From an uncultured Gammaproteobacteria bacterium (lineage in GTDB: Bacteria > Patescibacteriota > Microgenomatia > Levybacterales > UBA12049): a stretch of DNA of 62,122 nt. The translations under genes were made by a program, and so were the position numbers. Positions within the stretch are counted from its first letter, which is position 1. Each line of letters opens with the position of its first letter. The notes under the pieces are model-generated. The model worked only from the letters and a program-made list of their open reading frames with translations, ran no database searches and was not told the DNA's origin. The stretch lies in NCBI GenBank assembly GCA_964391315.1, contig CAYMJR010000007.1, forward strand, positions 1-62,122. Direction: 5' to 3'. This document shows positions 1 to 9,283 of this stretch, piece after piece.

Positions 1-617
1 AAAAAGTACTTGAGATTATCAAACGTTTGAAAAAAAAGTATGGCAATGCAAAAATAGCGCTCGATTTTACCACACCACTTGAACTACTTGTCGCAACTAT
101 CATGTCTGCACAAACACTTGATACGCTAGTTAATGCGCTGACACCTGCATTATTTAAGAAATACAAAACTGCGAAAGACTATGCAGATGCACCTGTCGAA
201 GAAATTGATGAGATGATCAAGCGTGTCAATTTCCATAGCAATAAAGCAAAAAATATCAAAGCAATGGCACAAGTCTTGGTTGAAAAATATAATGGCAAAG
301 TGCCAGAGACTATGGAAGAACTTGATGCACTTCCTGGAGTTGCCAGAAAAACAGCCAATGTCGTACTATCAAACGCATTTGGCAAAGCAGAGGGAATCGT
401 TATTGACACCCATATGATCAGGATGTCAAACAAATTGGGTCTTACAAATTCAAAAGATCCAGTAAAAATTGAAGAGGATCTGATGAGGATTGTTCCAAAA
501 GAGCATTGGATCGATTTTGCTCATATGCTTATCCTTCATGGACGACACGAATGTACCGCAAGACCTCACGACTGTAGCAATTGTTCACTCGGCGACCTTT
601 GCCCTGACCTTACATAA
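1..617 (+). CDS. nth: Endonuclease III (base-excision DNA glycosylase/AP lyase), 5' end runs off the window
   Basis: Frame stays open upstream of the TTG at 27 to nt 3 (KVLEIIKRLKKKYG). HhH-GPD core LPGVARKTANVVL. C-terminal C-x6-C-x2-C-x5-C 4Fe-4S ladder (CTARPHDCSNCSLGDLC). Confidence 0.85.
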   Translation, partial: KVLEIIKRLKKKYGNAKIALDFTTPLELLVATIMSAQTLDTLVNALTPALFKKYKTAKDYADAPVEEIDEMIKRVNFHSNKAKNIKAMAQVLVEKYNGKVPETMEELDALPGVARKTANVVLSNAFGKAEGIVIDTHMIRMSNKLGLTNSKDPVKIEEDLMRIVPKEHWIDFAHMLILHGRHECTARPHDCSNCSLGDLCPDLT

Positions 618-685
618 CCTTCAAATTCTCCATACCCGTCTCTTACTATCTATATGATAACTTTTTTTCATAAATAGAGATTACT

Positions 686-1315
686 ATGAGTGAAAGAGAT
701 ATATCAAGAAAAATTCCACAACAAAGAAGAACAAATTTATCTGATATTCTTACTGCAACTGCTGCGGAAAGCTCTGCAAGAGCCAAATTATTAATCGGAA
801 CTAATGTCCACAAAAGAGTTGCTGGATATGTAAGAGAATTAAACTTTTTAGCGAGAGATGTTCTTGCTACCAAATGGGGAGTAGATCCACGAGATATACC
901 TATCGAAATATTCCCAGGAGAAAGTCCATTATATCCCGCTACATCGCCTACTAAAACAATTCAAGAAATGCGTGAATCATTAATTACTCCTCATGTTCAG
1001 GAGGTATTAGCCAGACCTCAAGAGGATGTTTTACCCAACTTTCGAACAAGTGGTGATATGCTTCAGTATATATTAGGAGAAGCCAGAATAACTCAACGGG
1101 AGATTGCTGCTCTTTTGGGTAAATCAAAAAGTTGGGTTGAGAAAGTAGGAAGAACACGCCCTTTCAAGATAGGCGATGTACATCAATTATGTGATATGTT
1201 AGAACTGGCTGAAGATCATCCATATAGAACGAAACTCATCCAGCTTGTTACAGAAGAGGCACGTATAAATGCTAGAAGGGCACAAATTAAAGGAGTTGCT
1301 GAATTGGATAAATAG
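686..1315 (+). CDS. Hypothetical protein with C-terminal XRE-like helix-turn-helix
   Basis: 209-aa ORF. Segment ITQREIAALLGKSKSWVEKVGR resembles an XRE-type HTH. N-terminal two thirds not recognised. Confidence 0.45.
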   Translation: MSERDISRKIPQQRRTNLSDILTATAAESSARAKLLIGTNVHKRVAGYVRELNFLARDVLATKWGVDPRDIPIEIFPGESPLYPATSPTKTIQEMRESLITPHVQEVLARPQEDVLPNFRTSGDMLQYILGEARITQREIAALLGKSKSWVEKVGRTRPFKIGDVHQLCDMLELAEDHPYRTKLIQLVTEEARINARRAQIKGVAELDK

Positions 1316-1328
1316 GAGTAAGTGGATA

Positions 1329-3146
1329 CTATAAGAGTCCCTGTGATTTCATGCGGCGGGCTTCGACTTCATCCAATATCTTTTTTCGGATTCTCACATT
1401 TTTGGGAGTGACTTCAACCAACTCGTCTTCACTTACATATTCCAATGCTTCTTCAAGATTCATAACGTGTGGTGCATCAAAATGTTCCATCGCTCCATCA
1501 CCTTTGGATCGCATGTTGGAAAGTTGTTTAGCTTTACAGACATTCACCCTCATATCTTCAACTCGTGAATTCTTGCCCACAACTTGTCCTTTATAAACTG
1601 CATATCCAGGTCCGATAAAAAGTGTGCCTCTTTCCTGAATACCGGTTAATCCATACAGATTGGACTGTCCTGTTTCAGAAGAAATAAGTGATCCATGCTC
1701 ACGTCTGATTGGATCTCCTGTCTCAACATCATACTTGAAAAAGGTTGTATTGATAAGACCAAGTCCTCGTGTATCGGTAATAAATTCACTGCGGTAGCCA
1801 AAAAACGCACTTGTTGGAATAACAAATTGGAAATAGACGATACCTTTATCGTCTGTTGTCATGTCTTCAAGTACTGCTTTTCGTGCACCCAATTTCTGCA
1901 TCACAATACCTGAAAAATCTTGCTGTACCTCAATAAATACTCTTTCAAATGGTGACATTTTCTTTCCATCAATTTCTTTCAGAATTACTTGTGGACGGGA
2001 AACTTGAAATTCATATCCTTCACGACGAATACGTTCAATAAAGATAGCAAGGTGTAATTCACCCCGGCCACTAACCAACCATTTTCCATCCGTTGTATCT
2101 TCGACACGAAGTGCTGTATCTGTCTCAAGTTCTTTAAAAAGTCTTTCTCTGATTTGTCTCGATGTCTTAAATTCTCCTTCTTGTCCTGCAAAAGGGGAGT
2201 CATTAACAGAAAATGTCATCTTCACTGTTGGTTCTTCGATAGCCAAAACAGGAAGTGCTATTGGATTTTCAGGATCTGCAATTGTTTCACCAATAGTAAT
2301 ATCAGGAATACCGGAAATTGCAACAATATCTCCTGCTTGTACTTCCTGAACATCAACTCTTCCTAAACCTTCAAAGGTGGTGAGAGAGGTTAAACGATAT
2401 TTTTTCATTTCTCCATTACGATTGATGTGCATTACGTCCTGGTTGGCTCTAATAGTTCCGTTATAAACACGGCCTGTTGCGATACGGCCTTTGTAATCAT
2501 CACGGCCAAGTGTTGTCATCAAAAGCTGGAGAGGTGCATTTGGATCACCGGATGGAGCAGGCACATACTTCATGATCGCCTCAAAAATAGGGGAGATATC
2601 GGTCATAGTAGAAAGATCTGGTTCAAGTCCTGCTTTACCATCTTTTCCTGAAGCATAAACAATAGGGAAATCTGCAGTCTCATCATCTGCGCCAAGTTCC
2701 AAGAAGAGATCAAGCGTTTTATCCAATACATGATGAATACGTGCGTCTGGTTTGTCAATTTTATTTACAACAACGATTATTCTCAAACCTTTTTCCAACG
2801 CTTTTTTCAGAACGAATCGGGTCTGTGGCATCGGACCTTCTTTGGCATCAACAAGCAGCAAACAACCATCTGCCATTGTCAAAACACGTTCAACTTCACC
2901 ACCAAAGTCAGCATGACCTGGGGTATCGATGATATTAATTTTTGTTTCTCCCCACATGACTGATGCGTTCTTGGAAAAAATCGTAATACCACGTTCTTTT
3001 TCAAGTTCGTTACTGTCCATGATAAGATCAGCGCCGGCAAGCTCTTTATTTAATTTTGTTTGTGATTGTCGGAGTAATGCATCAACCAATGTTGTCTTTC
3101 CATGGTCAACGTGAGCGATGATACCGACATTTCTTAAATTATTCAT
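1329..3146 (-). CDS. typA: Translational GTPase TypA/BipA
   Basis: 605 aa. N-terminus [34 protein letters not shown] and NKIDK G-motifs, plus an EF-G-like domain layout typical of BipA. Confidence 0.95.
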   Translation of the reverse strand: MNNLRNVGIIAHVDHGKTTLVDALLRQSQTKLNKELAGADLIMDSNELEKERGITIFSKNASVMWGETKINIIDTPGHADFGGEVERVLTMADGCLLLVDAKEGPMPQTRFVLKKALEKGLRIIVVVNKIDKPDARIHHVLDKTLDLFLELGADDETADFPIVYASGKDGKAGLEPDLSTMTDISPIFEAIMKYVPAPSGDPNAPLQLLMTTLGRDDYKGRIATGRVYNGTIRANQDVMHINRNGEMKKYRLTSLTTFEGLGRVDVQEVQAGDIVAISGIPDITIGETIADPENPIALPVLAIEEPTVKMTFSVNDSPFAGQEGEFKTSRQIRERLFKELETDTALRVEDTTDGKWLVSGRGELHLAIFIERIRREGYEFQVSRPQVILKEIDGKKMSPFERVFIEVQQDFSGIVMQKLGARKAVLEDMTTDDKGIVYFQFVIPTSAFFGYRSEFITDTRGLGLINTTFFKYDVETGDPIRREHGSLISSETGQSNLYGLTGIQERGTLFIGPGYAVYKGQVVGKNSRVEDMRVNVCKAKQLSNMRSKGDGAMEHFDAPHVMNLEEALEYVSEDELVEVTPKNVRIRKKILDEVEARRMKSQGLL

Positions 3147-3253
3147 AGAAATAAATCACGAAGTAAGAATTACGAAGCAAGGGGTTTCGAAATGAAAAAG
3201 AGAAAATTTTTCTGCCTAAATTCCTTATTCATAATTCCTAATCTGACTCAATT

Positions 3254-3283
3254 ATTATACCATTTTTGAAGCTAAGATAGCAA
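3254..3283 (-). promoter_or_regulatory. Putative sigma70-type promoter of typA
   Basis: On the minus strand TTGCTA (3283-3278), 18-nt spacer, TGgTATAAT extended -10 (3262-3254). About 100-nt AT-rich 5' UTR before the typA ATG at 3146. Confidence 0.35.
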
Positions 3284-3285
3284 AT

Positions 3286-4332
3286 TTATTGATAAATACT
3301 TTGAAGATGATGAAAGTCGACTGCTTGTTGTGTCCCAGCAGAATCAAGTAATTCTGAAACCTGCACAAAAGAATATCCTTCTTCTTTCAATTTTGGAATA
3401 ATTTCTTTAACAGCATCTGTTGTTTTGGGATCATTAGGATACCCGTTCATATGCATCACAATAATTGAACCATTTTTAACCCGGCTCATGATGTTTTGAA
3501 CGATTGATTGCTCATTGTTATTAAAACCATCAACACCCTCGACATCCCACTGAATTGTTTTCAACCCGTTATTGTTAACAATAGCAACAGCGTTTTGATT
3601 ATAACAGCCTCCTGGAAAACGGAACAGTTTACCATTAACACCAGCAACTATTTGCAATAAAAATTGTGTCTTTTGAATTTGTCCCTGATCTTCACTCTCG
3701 GGTATCTTTCCCAAACCAAAACAAGGCCCATCAAATGACGGATGCGAATAGGAATGATTTCCAAGTTCGAATAACTGACTCGACGCTAACTCTCTCGTGA
3801 CATCAGGATATAACTCGATCCACATTCCTGTTAAAAAAAGTGTCGCTTTTGTATGTGTTTCAGTCAAAAAATCAATAAGTTGTTTATTGTAATAGCTTTT
3901 AACTTGACCGTTAACAAGCATTTGTCTCATAAATGGCGTCATGTCAGCATCAAACGTAAGAGCAACTTCTTTCCGTTCACGTGATCCATGAAAAATGACT
4001 TCACCACCATGATTAATAGGTAAAGTATCTTCACCAAGAGATGTCACTGCAGTGGTAATGGTATTGTTATATCCGGGAATTTCAGGAGGAAAAGAACGGA
4101 GAATGATTTCTCTCGCGTTTTCATTCATGGAAAACGAAAAAGTTTGATAAAGAGAAACCCATAGACTAAGATGTATAAAAATAAATAAAAAAAGAAAACT
4201 TATTGGAATAATAAGAATAGTTGATGGGATTGGATAATATTGTATCCGAATAGTAAAGTATCGGGTTTTTTGTTTCTGTCTCTGCCTCTTACCCATGTCC
4301 CATATTGTAGAGCTGGCATAAGAAAGAATCAA
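3286..4332 (-). CDS. Membrane-anchored polysaccharide deacetylase (NodB homology domain)
   Basis: N-terminal TM segment, LTFDADM, NHSYSHP (H-x-x-x-H), FRFPGG, IIVMHMNG. True start may be the internal M (MGKRQRQ, 4296). Close paralog of 52351..53346. Confidence 0.8.
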   Translation of the reverse strand: MILSYASSTIWDMGKRQRQKQKTRYFTIRIQYYPIPSTILIIPISFLFLFIFIHLSLWVSLYQTFSFSMNENAREIILRSFPPEIPGYNNTITTAVTSLGEDTLPINHGGEVIFHGSRERKEVALTFDADMTPFMRQMLVNGQVKSYYNKQLIDFLTETHTKATLFLTGMWIELYPDVTRELASSQLFELGNHSYSHPSFDGPCFGLGKIPESEDQGQIQKTQFLLQIVAGVNGKLFRFPGGCYNQNAVAIVNNNGLKTIQWDVEGVDGFNNNEQSIVQNIMSRVKNGSIIVMHMNGYPNDPKTTDAVKEIIPKLKEEGYSFVQVSELLDSAGTQQAVDFHHLQSIYQ

Positions 4333-4398
4333 TAGGTTATTTACTAACTGTTTATTTTTTAAACGTGAATTTTGATAGCTATTATCTGAAAAGTAGAT

Positions 4399-6024
4399 TT
4401 ACTTCGTTAAAAAAATATTAATACTCAAAAAAAGAATAAATGCACCTGCAATCAGAGGACCATAAATATCTGCAGCATTACCGAACCTCTTTTCTAGATT
4501 TAATGTGTTTTTTCCTAATACAACAAGTATCCCGAGCAGAATAATACAACCTGAAAGACCTAAACTGAAAATAAAAATGATAAAAAGACCAAAGCCAATT
4601 TGATTAATACTTGCTGCTAAGAGCAACAATGCCAATGCATCAATACACGGAACTAAACCTCCACTTGCTCCAGCCAAAATAAGTTCTAAAAATTTATTTC
4701 CAGAATGAATATTCATATGGTCATGAGGGTGATTATGAGCATGGGAATGTGAATGATGATGGCTATGAGCATGATCCCATGTATGCTTATAATTTTTCCA
4801 TCCCTTATAAATAAGACTAAGAGCAAGAAGTGCAACGGCAATTGCGCTTGCCTTATCAAAATAAGGAATAATTCTGCCCATTGAAGACCCTTTTGATAAA
4901 AATAATAGGAAAAATCCTAAAAGATAGATTACAAAGGTATGAGCAAACGTAATAGATGCAGCCAAAACAAATACATCAAAAATTCTACTTTTACCCTTCC
5001 CAATTAAAAATGCAGCCATCATACTTTTTCCATGTCCCGGGGTTAATGCATGAAGACTTCCTGCAAAAAAAGCAAAAAGAAGAACAAGACCTAAAAGTGC
5101 ATAGTTAATTTTATTGTGAGAAAAAATCTTTACAGTCAATCGTTTGAGAGAATCATTAAATTGTGTTGAAAGGTTAATAAGCGGGTTTTGTATTGTCGTT
5201 TGTTTTTTTATAGGTGTAAGCGTATGAGGAAATGGTTGCGTATATTCAGCATTATCAATTTCGACAAAGGAATCAGAAATAAACCCATTTGCATCTGTTA
5301 CTCGAAGCACAGAAAATGTTTGTCCTGCTGTTTGATCTGTAGCATTTACTAAATGAGTGACAACAGCTTTTGTACTTGATGTTTGATCACCAAAATCCCA
5401 AAAGTAGGAAACAATTGATGCGGATCCTTGTTTAGATGTTGAAGCATCAAACAGCAATTTCTTACTAAAATCGAATTGTAATGGATTTACGAGTGGAGAA
5501 TCCGATACCTGATGATTCACTCGGATTACAGCTTGAGGTAATTGGTAAGAAGAGTAAGGAAGAATATTAATTAGAACAGCGTTAAAAGGTATTGTTGGAT
5601 CTGATGAGTTTAATTGCATATAGTGAGGAGCATTTTTTATTTTAATTGTCAAAATATATGAACCAATTTTTGTATATGTGTGATTATTCTGAAATCCATT
5701 TCCTTTTGTCCCATCGCCAAAATCCCATTCTAACTGAGCATGAGATTGGTCCTCTTGGGTGACTGGCATTAAATTAGGATCAAGCGAAAATGTTAACGAT
5801 TGATTTATAAGATAATTATCTGGCGCTGAATATAACGGTACTGGAAATGTTGCATAGGGTAATGATGAAGATGATACTGGATAGAGCAGTTCATAACTTC
5901 CATTTATAATTAAAAAAGGATTATATCCTCCTGGGTCGGCGTATGTTGAATGCACAAAGAAAGGAGAAAATAAATATAAAAAGAAAGTAATACTCAAAAA
6001 ATATAAAATTGATTTTTTTAGCAT
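4399..6024 (-). CDS. Fusion protein: signal peptide + two PKD-like domains + RcnA/NicO-family nickel/cobalt efflux membrane domain
   Basis: WDFGDGTKG...HTYTKIGSY and WDFGDQTSS PKD-like repeats. Then HALTPGHGKS, His-rich loop HAHSHHHSHSHAHNHPHDH and GGLVPCIDA, as in RcnA-type transporters. Confidence 0.7.
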   Translation of the reverse strand: MLKKSILYFLSITFFLYLFSPFFVHSTYADPGGYNPFLIINGSYELLYPVSSSSLPYATFPVPLYSAPDNYLINQSLTFSLDPNLMPVTQEDQSHAQLEWDFGDGTKGNGFQNNHTYTKIGSYILTIKIKNAPHYMQLNSSDPTIPFNAVLINILPYSSYQLPQAVIRVNHQVSDSPLVNPLQFDFSKKLLFDASTSKQGSASIVSYFWDFGDQTSSTKAVVTHLVNATDQTAGQTFSVLRVTDANGFISDSFVEIDNAEYTQPFPHTLTPIKKQTTIQNPLINLSTQFNDSLKRLTVKIFSHNKINYALLGLVLLFAFFAGSLHALTPGHGKSMMAAFLIGKGKSRIFDVFVLAASITFAHTFVIYLLGFFLLFLSKGSSMGRIIPYFDKASAIAVALLALSLIYKGWKNYKHTWDHAHSHHHSHSHAHNHPHDHMNIHSGNKFLELILAGASGGLVPCIDALALLLLAASINQIGFGLFIIFIFSLGLSGCIILLGILVVLGKNTLNLEKRFGNAADIYGPLIAGAFILFLSINIFLTK

Positions 6025-6027
6025 ATG

Positions 6028-7101
6028 TTACTTCAATTCAACTTCATCGTATCCTTTATATTGATACATAACTATTGAGATAATCCAACTAACAAGAAGT
6101 ATTCCTATAATAATATATCCCATGGTCCCAAAGGAGAAGTTATTAACCGTATTAAAAAAATTACCTGTAAGTTTTAATTGAGCGGAAATGGCTTGAAGCG
6201 CTTCAATTGTTCCAATAAAAAGTGCAATCATGACTGAGATAAAGGTAATATTCATATTGTAATAGAGTTTTCGAATAGGCTTAATATATGCCCACCCATA
6301 TGCTCCAAGCATTAAGATACCATCCAACGTATCAATTAAGGACATACCAGCAGTAAACGCTAACGGGAGAAGAAGAATATTTCCTACAGGCATACCTGAT
6401 GCTCCACTTGCAGCAGAAATACTTAGGAGTCCCACTTCGCTTGCTGTATCAAATCCTAAACCAAATAAAAATCCCACAAAATACATATGCCAGCTAGCAG
6501 AAATGGCTTTTAAAAGTGGTTGAAAAAGTCGATTGAGAAATCCACGATTTTGTAAATGTTTTTGAAGTTGTTTTTCAGAATACATCCGTTGGTTTTTTGT
6601 TACAAATTTCCATGTTTTAATAATCTCGATAAGAACAAAAAGATTAATAATACCAATTGCAAGAAGAAAGAGACTTGAGACAGACGTCCCAATTATTATT
6701 CCTATATTTTGGAGTGTTGGAAGATTTTTTTTAACAAACGTGACTGAGACTGCGACAATAATAGAAAGAATCACTACTATGGTTGAATGTCCTAGTGAAA
6801 AGAAAAATCCAACAGCAACAGGTTTTTGACCATCCTGCATTAATTTTCTAGTTGTGTTATCAATCGCTGCAATGTGATCTGCATCCACAGCATGTCTTAA
6901 TCCAAGCCCAAATGCAAGAAGTACAAGACCAAGCATAACTGGAAATCTATACCAAACCAAAAGAGTATAGAGAAAGAGTAATCCATTACATACAGCAAGA
7001 ATAGCAATAATACTAACGAGTCTTTTTCGTAGGTCAGGAGGTGCATTGTTAAAAATATTTGATAATTTTTTTATAAACTGCATAAAAAAGAGATTTACCA
7101 T
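6028..7101 (-). CDS. NiCoT (HoxN/HupN/NixA) family nickel/cobalt permease
   Basis: Family signatures RHAVDADHIAAIDNTTRK, FFSLGHSTIV and LGFDTASEVGLL. Multi-TM protein, 3 nt upstream of the PKD-RcnA-like gene. Confidence 0.9.
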   Translation of the reverse strand: MVNLFFMQFIKKLSNIFNNAPPDLRKRLVSIIAILAVCNGLLFLYTLLVWYRFPVMLGLVLLAFGLGLRHAVDADHIAAIDNTTRKLMQDGQKPVAVGFFFSLGHSTIVVILSIIVAVSVTFVKKNLPTLQNIGIIIGTSVSSLFLLAIGIINLFVLIEIIKTWKFVTKNQRMYSEKQLQKHLQNRGFLNRLFQPLLKAISASWHMYFVGFLFGLGFDTASEVGLLSISAASGASGMPVGNILLLPLAFTAGMSLIDTLDGILMLGAYGWAYIKPIRKLYYNMNITFISVMIALFIGTIEALQAISAQLKLTGNFFNTVNNFSFGTMGYIIIGILLVSWIISIVMYQYKGYDEVELK

Positions 7102-7271
7102 ATTTTAAAAAAATACTACTCGTTAAGCAAATATTTAAAATTAAATGGACATATTTCTCAGTTAATAAAAGAGAACTATATCAATTATTTATTAATTAAT
7201 TTTTTAGTACGCGCTGGCTTTTTTGTAAGAAATTGATTTCTATTATGACAAGTAGTGTAGACGCATTTAAC

Positions 7272-8108
7272 TTATTTAACAATTGAGGAAATTAACTTTG
7301 CACTATCTACCATACCATCAAGATTTGCATGAATTTCCATGGTGACGAGTCCATTATAATGTTCCTTTTTTAACAACGTCAAAAATTCTTTAATTGGTAA
7401 GACTCCTTTACCAAGGGGCAAATGTTTGTATTTCATTGCATAAAATGTACTATTAAGGATATGAGGCCTGTAATCACTTAAGTGAATGTTGATAATTCTT
7501 TTTTTATTTTTCTCAAAAAAGTCTACGATGTCGCCGCCGGAATGTGCAAGATGAGTTGTATCAAGAGTGATATGAAAATTATTCTCTTCCATTAATTCTG
7601 CAAATTTGTCCTCATGCCATCCATAGCTTCTATGAAGCGATCCCAAAAATTTTTCTCTATTTTCAAAACCGACCTGTATTCCATACTTCTTCTGAAGTGA
7701 GTGAACAAGCTTTATATAATCTTTATTCAAAACTTGTTTACCCGCAGAACTCATATGAACAACAATCACTTTTGCCCCAAGCGTATCTGCAATATGAAAG
7801 AGTTCAACGATTTCAGCGAGACGGGTTTTGGTCAAAAAACGGATGACCTGATGCACACTAAAAATCGTCATTCCACACTCATCAAGAACCTTTTTCACTT
7901 CCACTAGTTCTTCATCTGATACTCTTTGAAATGATGGAAGAATCAGCTCAACTCCATCCATTCCTGCAGCTTTTAATTTTGCAAAAGCTTCGTGCGTAGT
8001 ACAACCATCAAATACTTTATTTTTTACAATTTTATGGAACATTTTTCGCCTGTGGGGAAGGACGTCGGTCAGAAAAAGACTAGCTGAAGTTTTCATTATA
8101 TTCCTCAT
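7272..8108 (-). CDS. Sugar phosphate isomerase/epimerase (xylose isomerase-like TIM barrel) family protein
   Basis: 278 aa with the pattern typical of the AP-endonuclease-2/xylose-isomerase-like TIM barrel (GMDGVEL, VVHMS, GFEN, TLDTTHL, HLSD, MEI). Confidence 0.65.
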   Translation of the reverse strand: MRNIMKTSASLFLTDVLPHRRKMFHKIVKNKVFDGCTTHEAFAKLKAAGMDGVELILPSFQRVSDEELVEVKKVLDECGMTIFSVHQVIRFLTKTRLAEIVELFHIADTLGAKVIVVHMSSAGKQVLNKDYIKLVHSLQKKYGIQVGFENREKFLGSLHRSYGWHEDKFAELMEENNFHITLDTTHLAHSGGDIVDFFEKNKKRIINIHLSDYRPHILNSTFYAMKYKHLPLGKGVLPIKEFLTLLKKEHYNGLVTMEIHANLDGMVDSAKLISSIVK

Positions 8109-8150
8109 TATACAAACTTATAGATAATTTTCAATGTTATCTACCAATAC

Positions 8151-8178
8151 TTGACATATATTATAAATAAAGTATAGT
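8151..8178 (+). promoter_or_regulatory. Putative promoter of the MazG-like gene
   Basis: TTGACA (8151-8156), 16-nt spacer, TATAGT (8173-8178). ATG at 8191. Confidence 0.35.
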
Positions 8179-8190
8179 AGCAATAGGCTT

Positions 8191-8535
8191 ATGGCAAATA
8201 AACCACAATCATCACCATTTGGCAAGTACTTCGTATATCTTGATCGGATTGATGAATCAGTCAGATCAGAAGAATATGGCTCATTTTTGATTCTTAATCT
8301 CGTTGAAGAAGTAGGGGAAATGGCACGAGCTTACCTTGCTAAACATGGAAGAAAAGGAACCAACATCGCAGCACAGCAAGATGAAACCTACCAGCAAGAA
8401 TTGGGTGATATTCTTCTCGCGATCATTAGATTTGCGAGAGTGAAAAATATCAATCTTGACCAACGAATTATGTATAGTCTTCGAAAAATTGAACGACGCA
8501 AAAAACAACCTAAACAACCTAAACAATCCAAATAA
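8191..8535 (+). CDS. MazG-like nucleotide pyrophosphohydrolase domain protein
   Basis: 114 aa with EEVGEMARAY and ELGDILLAIIRFA (EExxE / ExxD helices of the all-alpha NTP-PPase fold). C-terminal KQPKQPKQSK tail encoded by a 9-nt tandem repeat. Confidence 0.65.
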   Translation: MANKPQSSPFGKYFVYLDRIDESVRSEEYGSFLILNLVEEVGEMARAYLAKHGRKGTNIAAQQDETYQQELGDILLAIIRFARVKNINLDQRIMYSLRKIERRKKQPKQPKQSK

Positions 8536-8558
8536 CTTCAATGAGCTACAGGCCTCGC

Positions 8559-8586
8559 TTGACAAACCAATCATCTCGCATATACT
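8559..8586 (+). promoter_or_regulatory. Putative promoter of the unannotated small ORF 8632..8796
   Basis: TTGACA (8559-8564), 16-nt spacer, TATACT (8581-8586). Confidence 0.4.
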
Positions 8587-8631
8587 AAGTGCAACTTACA
8601 TATATCTATTGATGAGGAGGTGAATTAATCT

Positions 8632-8796
8632 GTGAAATTTTACAATGTTAAAACACGACAATCAGTCGAAGTACCAGATAGCGAAGTAACAGTTGTCACT
8701 ATGAAAAACGGAAAAAAAGCTGCACAAGCTGTCAAAGACGGCATGAAGCTTTTCAAAATCTTAAGTAAAGAAGATGCTGCGAGACTCGGTGCATAA
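8632..8796 (+). CDS. Small basic protein (54 aa), absent from the ORF track
   Basis: GTG start 8 nt after a strong SD, GAGGAGGTGA (8614-8623), with its own promoter. Translation: VKFYNVKTRQSVEVPDSEVTVVTMKNGKKAAQAVKDGMKLFKILSKEDAARLGA, stop at 8794-8796. Confidence 0.55.
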   Translation: MKFYNVKTRQSVEVPDSEVTVVTMKNGKKAAQAVKDGMKLFKILSKEDAARLGA

Positions 8797-8811
8797 GCTC
8801 AAAATTGGTAC

Positions 8812-8840
8812 TTGCAATTAAATTGCATATGTTATACAAT
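8812..8840 (+). promoter_or_regulatory. zur promoter with overlapping palindromic operator
   Basis: TTGCAA (8812-8817), 17-nt spacer, TACAAT (8835-8840). Perfect 7-1-7 inverted repeat TGCAATT-A-AATTGCA (8813-8827) in the spacer. A third AATTGCA half-site at 8838-8844. Confidence 0.45.
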
Positions 8841-8849
8841 TGCATTAAT

Positions 8850-9281
8850 ATGGTGAATGCAAAGATACAACACGACTGTAAAGATGAGTTAAATGAAGTA
8901 GAACTTCGTGCAACCCCTGCACGTATTGCTCTCATGCAACTTCTTGAAAAATCAGATAAACCACTTGATGTATCATCAATGATCGAATTTCTTGATAAAA
9001 AAGATCTCAAGACCGATCCTGCGACAGTTTTCCGGATTGTGAATATGTTCACAGAAAAAGGACTCGTCAAGCCGATTCAATTACATGAAGGCAAATTCCG
9101 TTATGAACTCGCTGCAAAAGCAAACCACCATCATTTGGTGTGCGAAAAATGCGGCGATATTCAGGATATTTCAGACTGCAACATTGATGTCATCGAAAAT
9201 CACATTGAAAAGAAAAAAAAGTTTAAAGTAACAAGTCACTCGCTCGAATTCTTTGGCATTTGCGAAGACTGCCAGAAATAA
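8850..9281 (+). CDS. zur: Fur-family metalloregulator, probably Zur
   Basis: ATPARIALMQLL winged-helix region, HHHLVCEKCGDI and CEDC zinc-site motifs. Directly precedes znuABC-like genes. Start moved to ATG 8850 because the track start (8805) lies upstream of the predicted promoter. Confidence 0.8.
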   Translation: MVNAKIQHDCKDELNEVELRATPARIALMQLLEKSDKPLDVSSMIEFLDKKDLKTDPATVFRIVNMFTEKGLVKPIQLHEGKFRYELAAKANHHHLVCEKCGDIQDISDCNIDVIENHIEKKKKFKVTSHSLEFFGICEDCQK

Positions 9282-9283
9282 AT

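Noticed and set aside
3147-3253. Structured RNA in the typA 5' UTR (duplicated CTTCGT and AGGAATT words)
   Set aside because: These are only short direct word repeats. No convincing helices and no known riboswitch pattern were recognised.
8805-9283. ORF-track starts at 8805 (zur) and 9260 (znuA)
   Set aside because: 8805 lies upstream of the predicted promoter/operator. 9260 would add a non-hydrophobic extension before the signal peptide and overlap the zur stop. ATG 8850 and ATG 9284 fit better.
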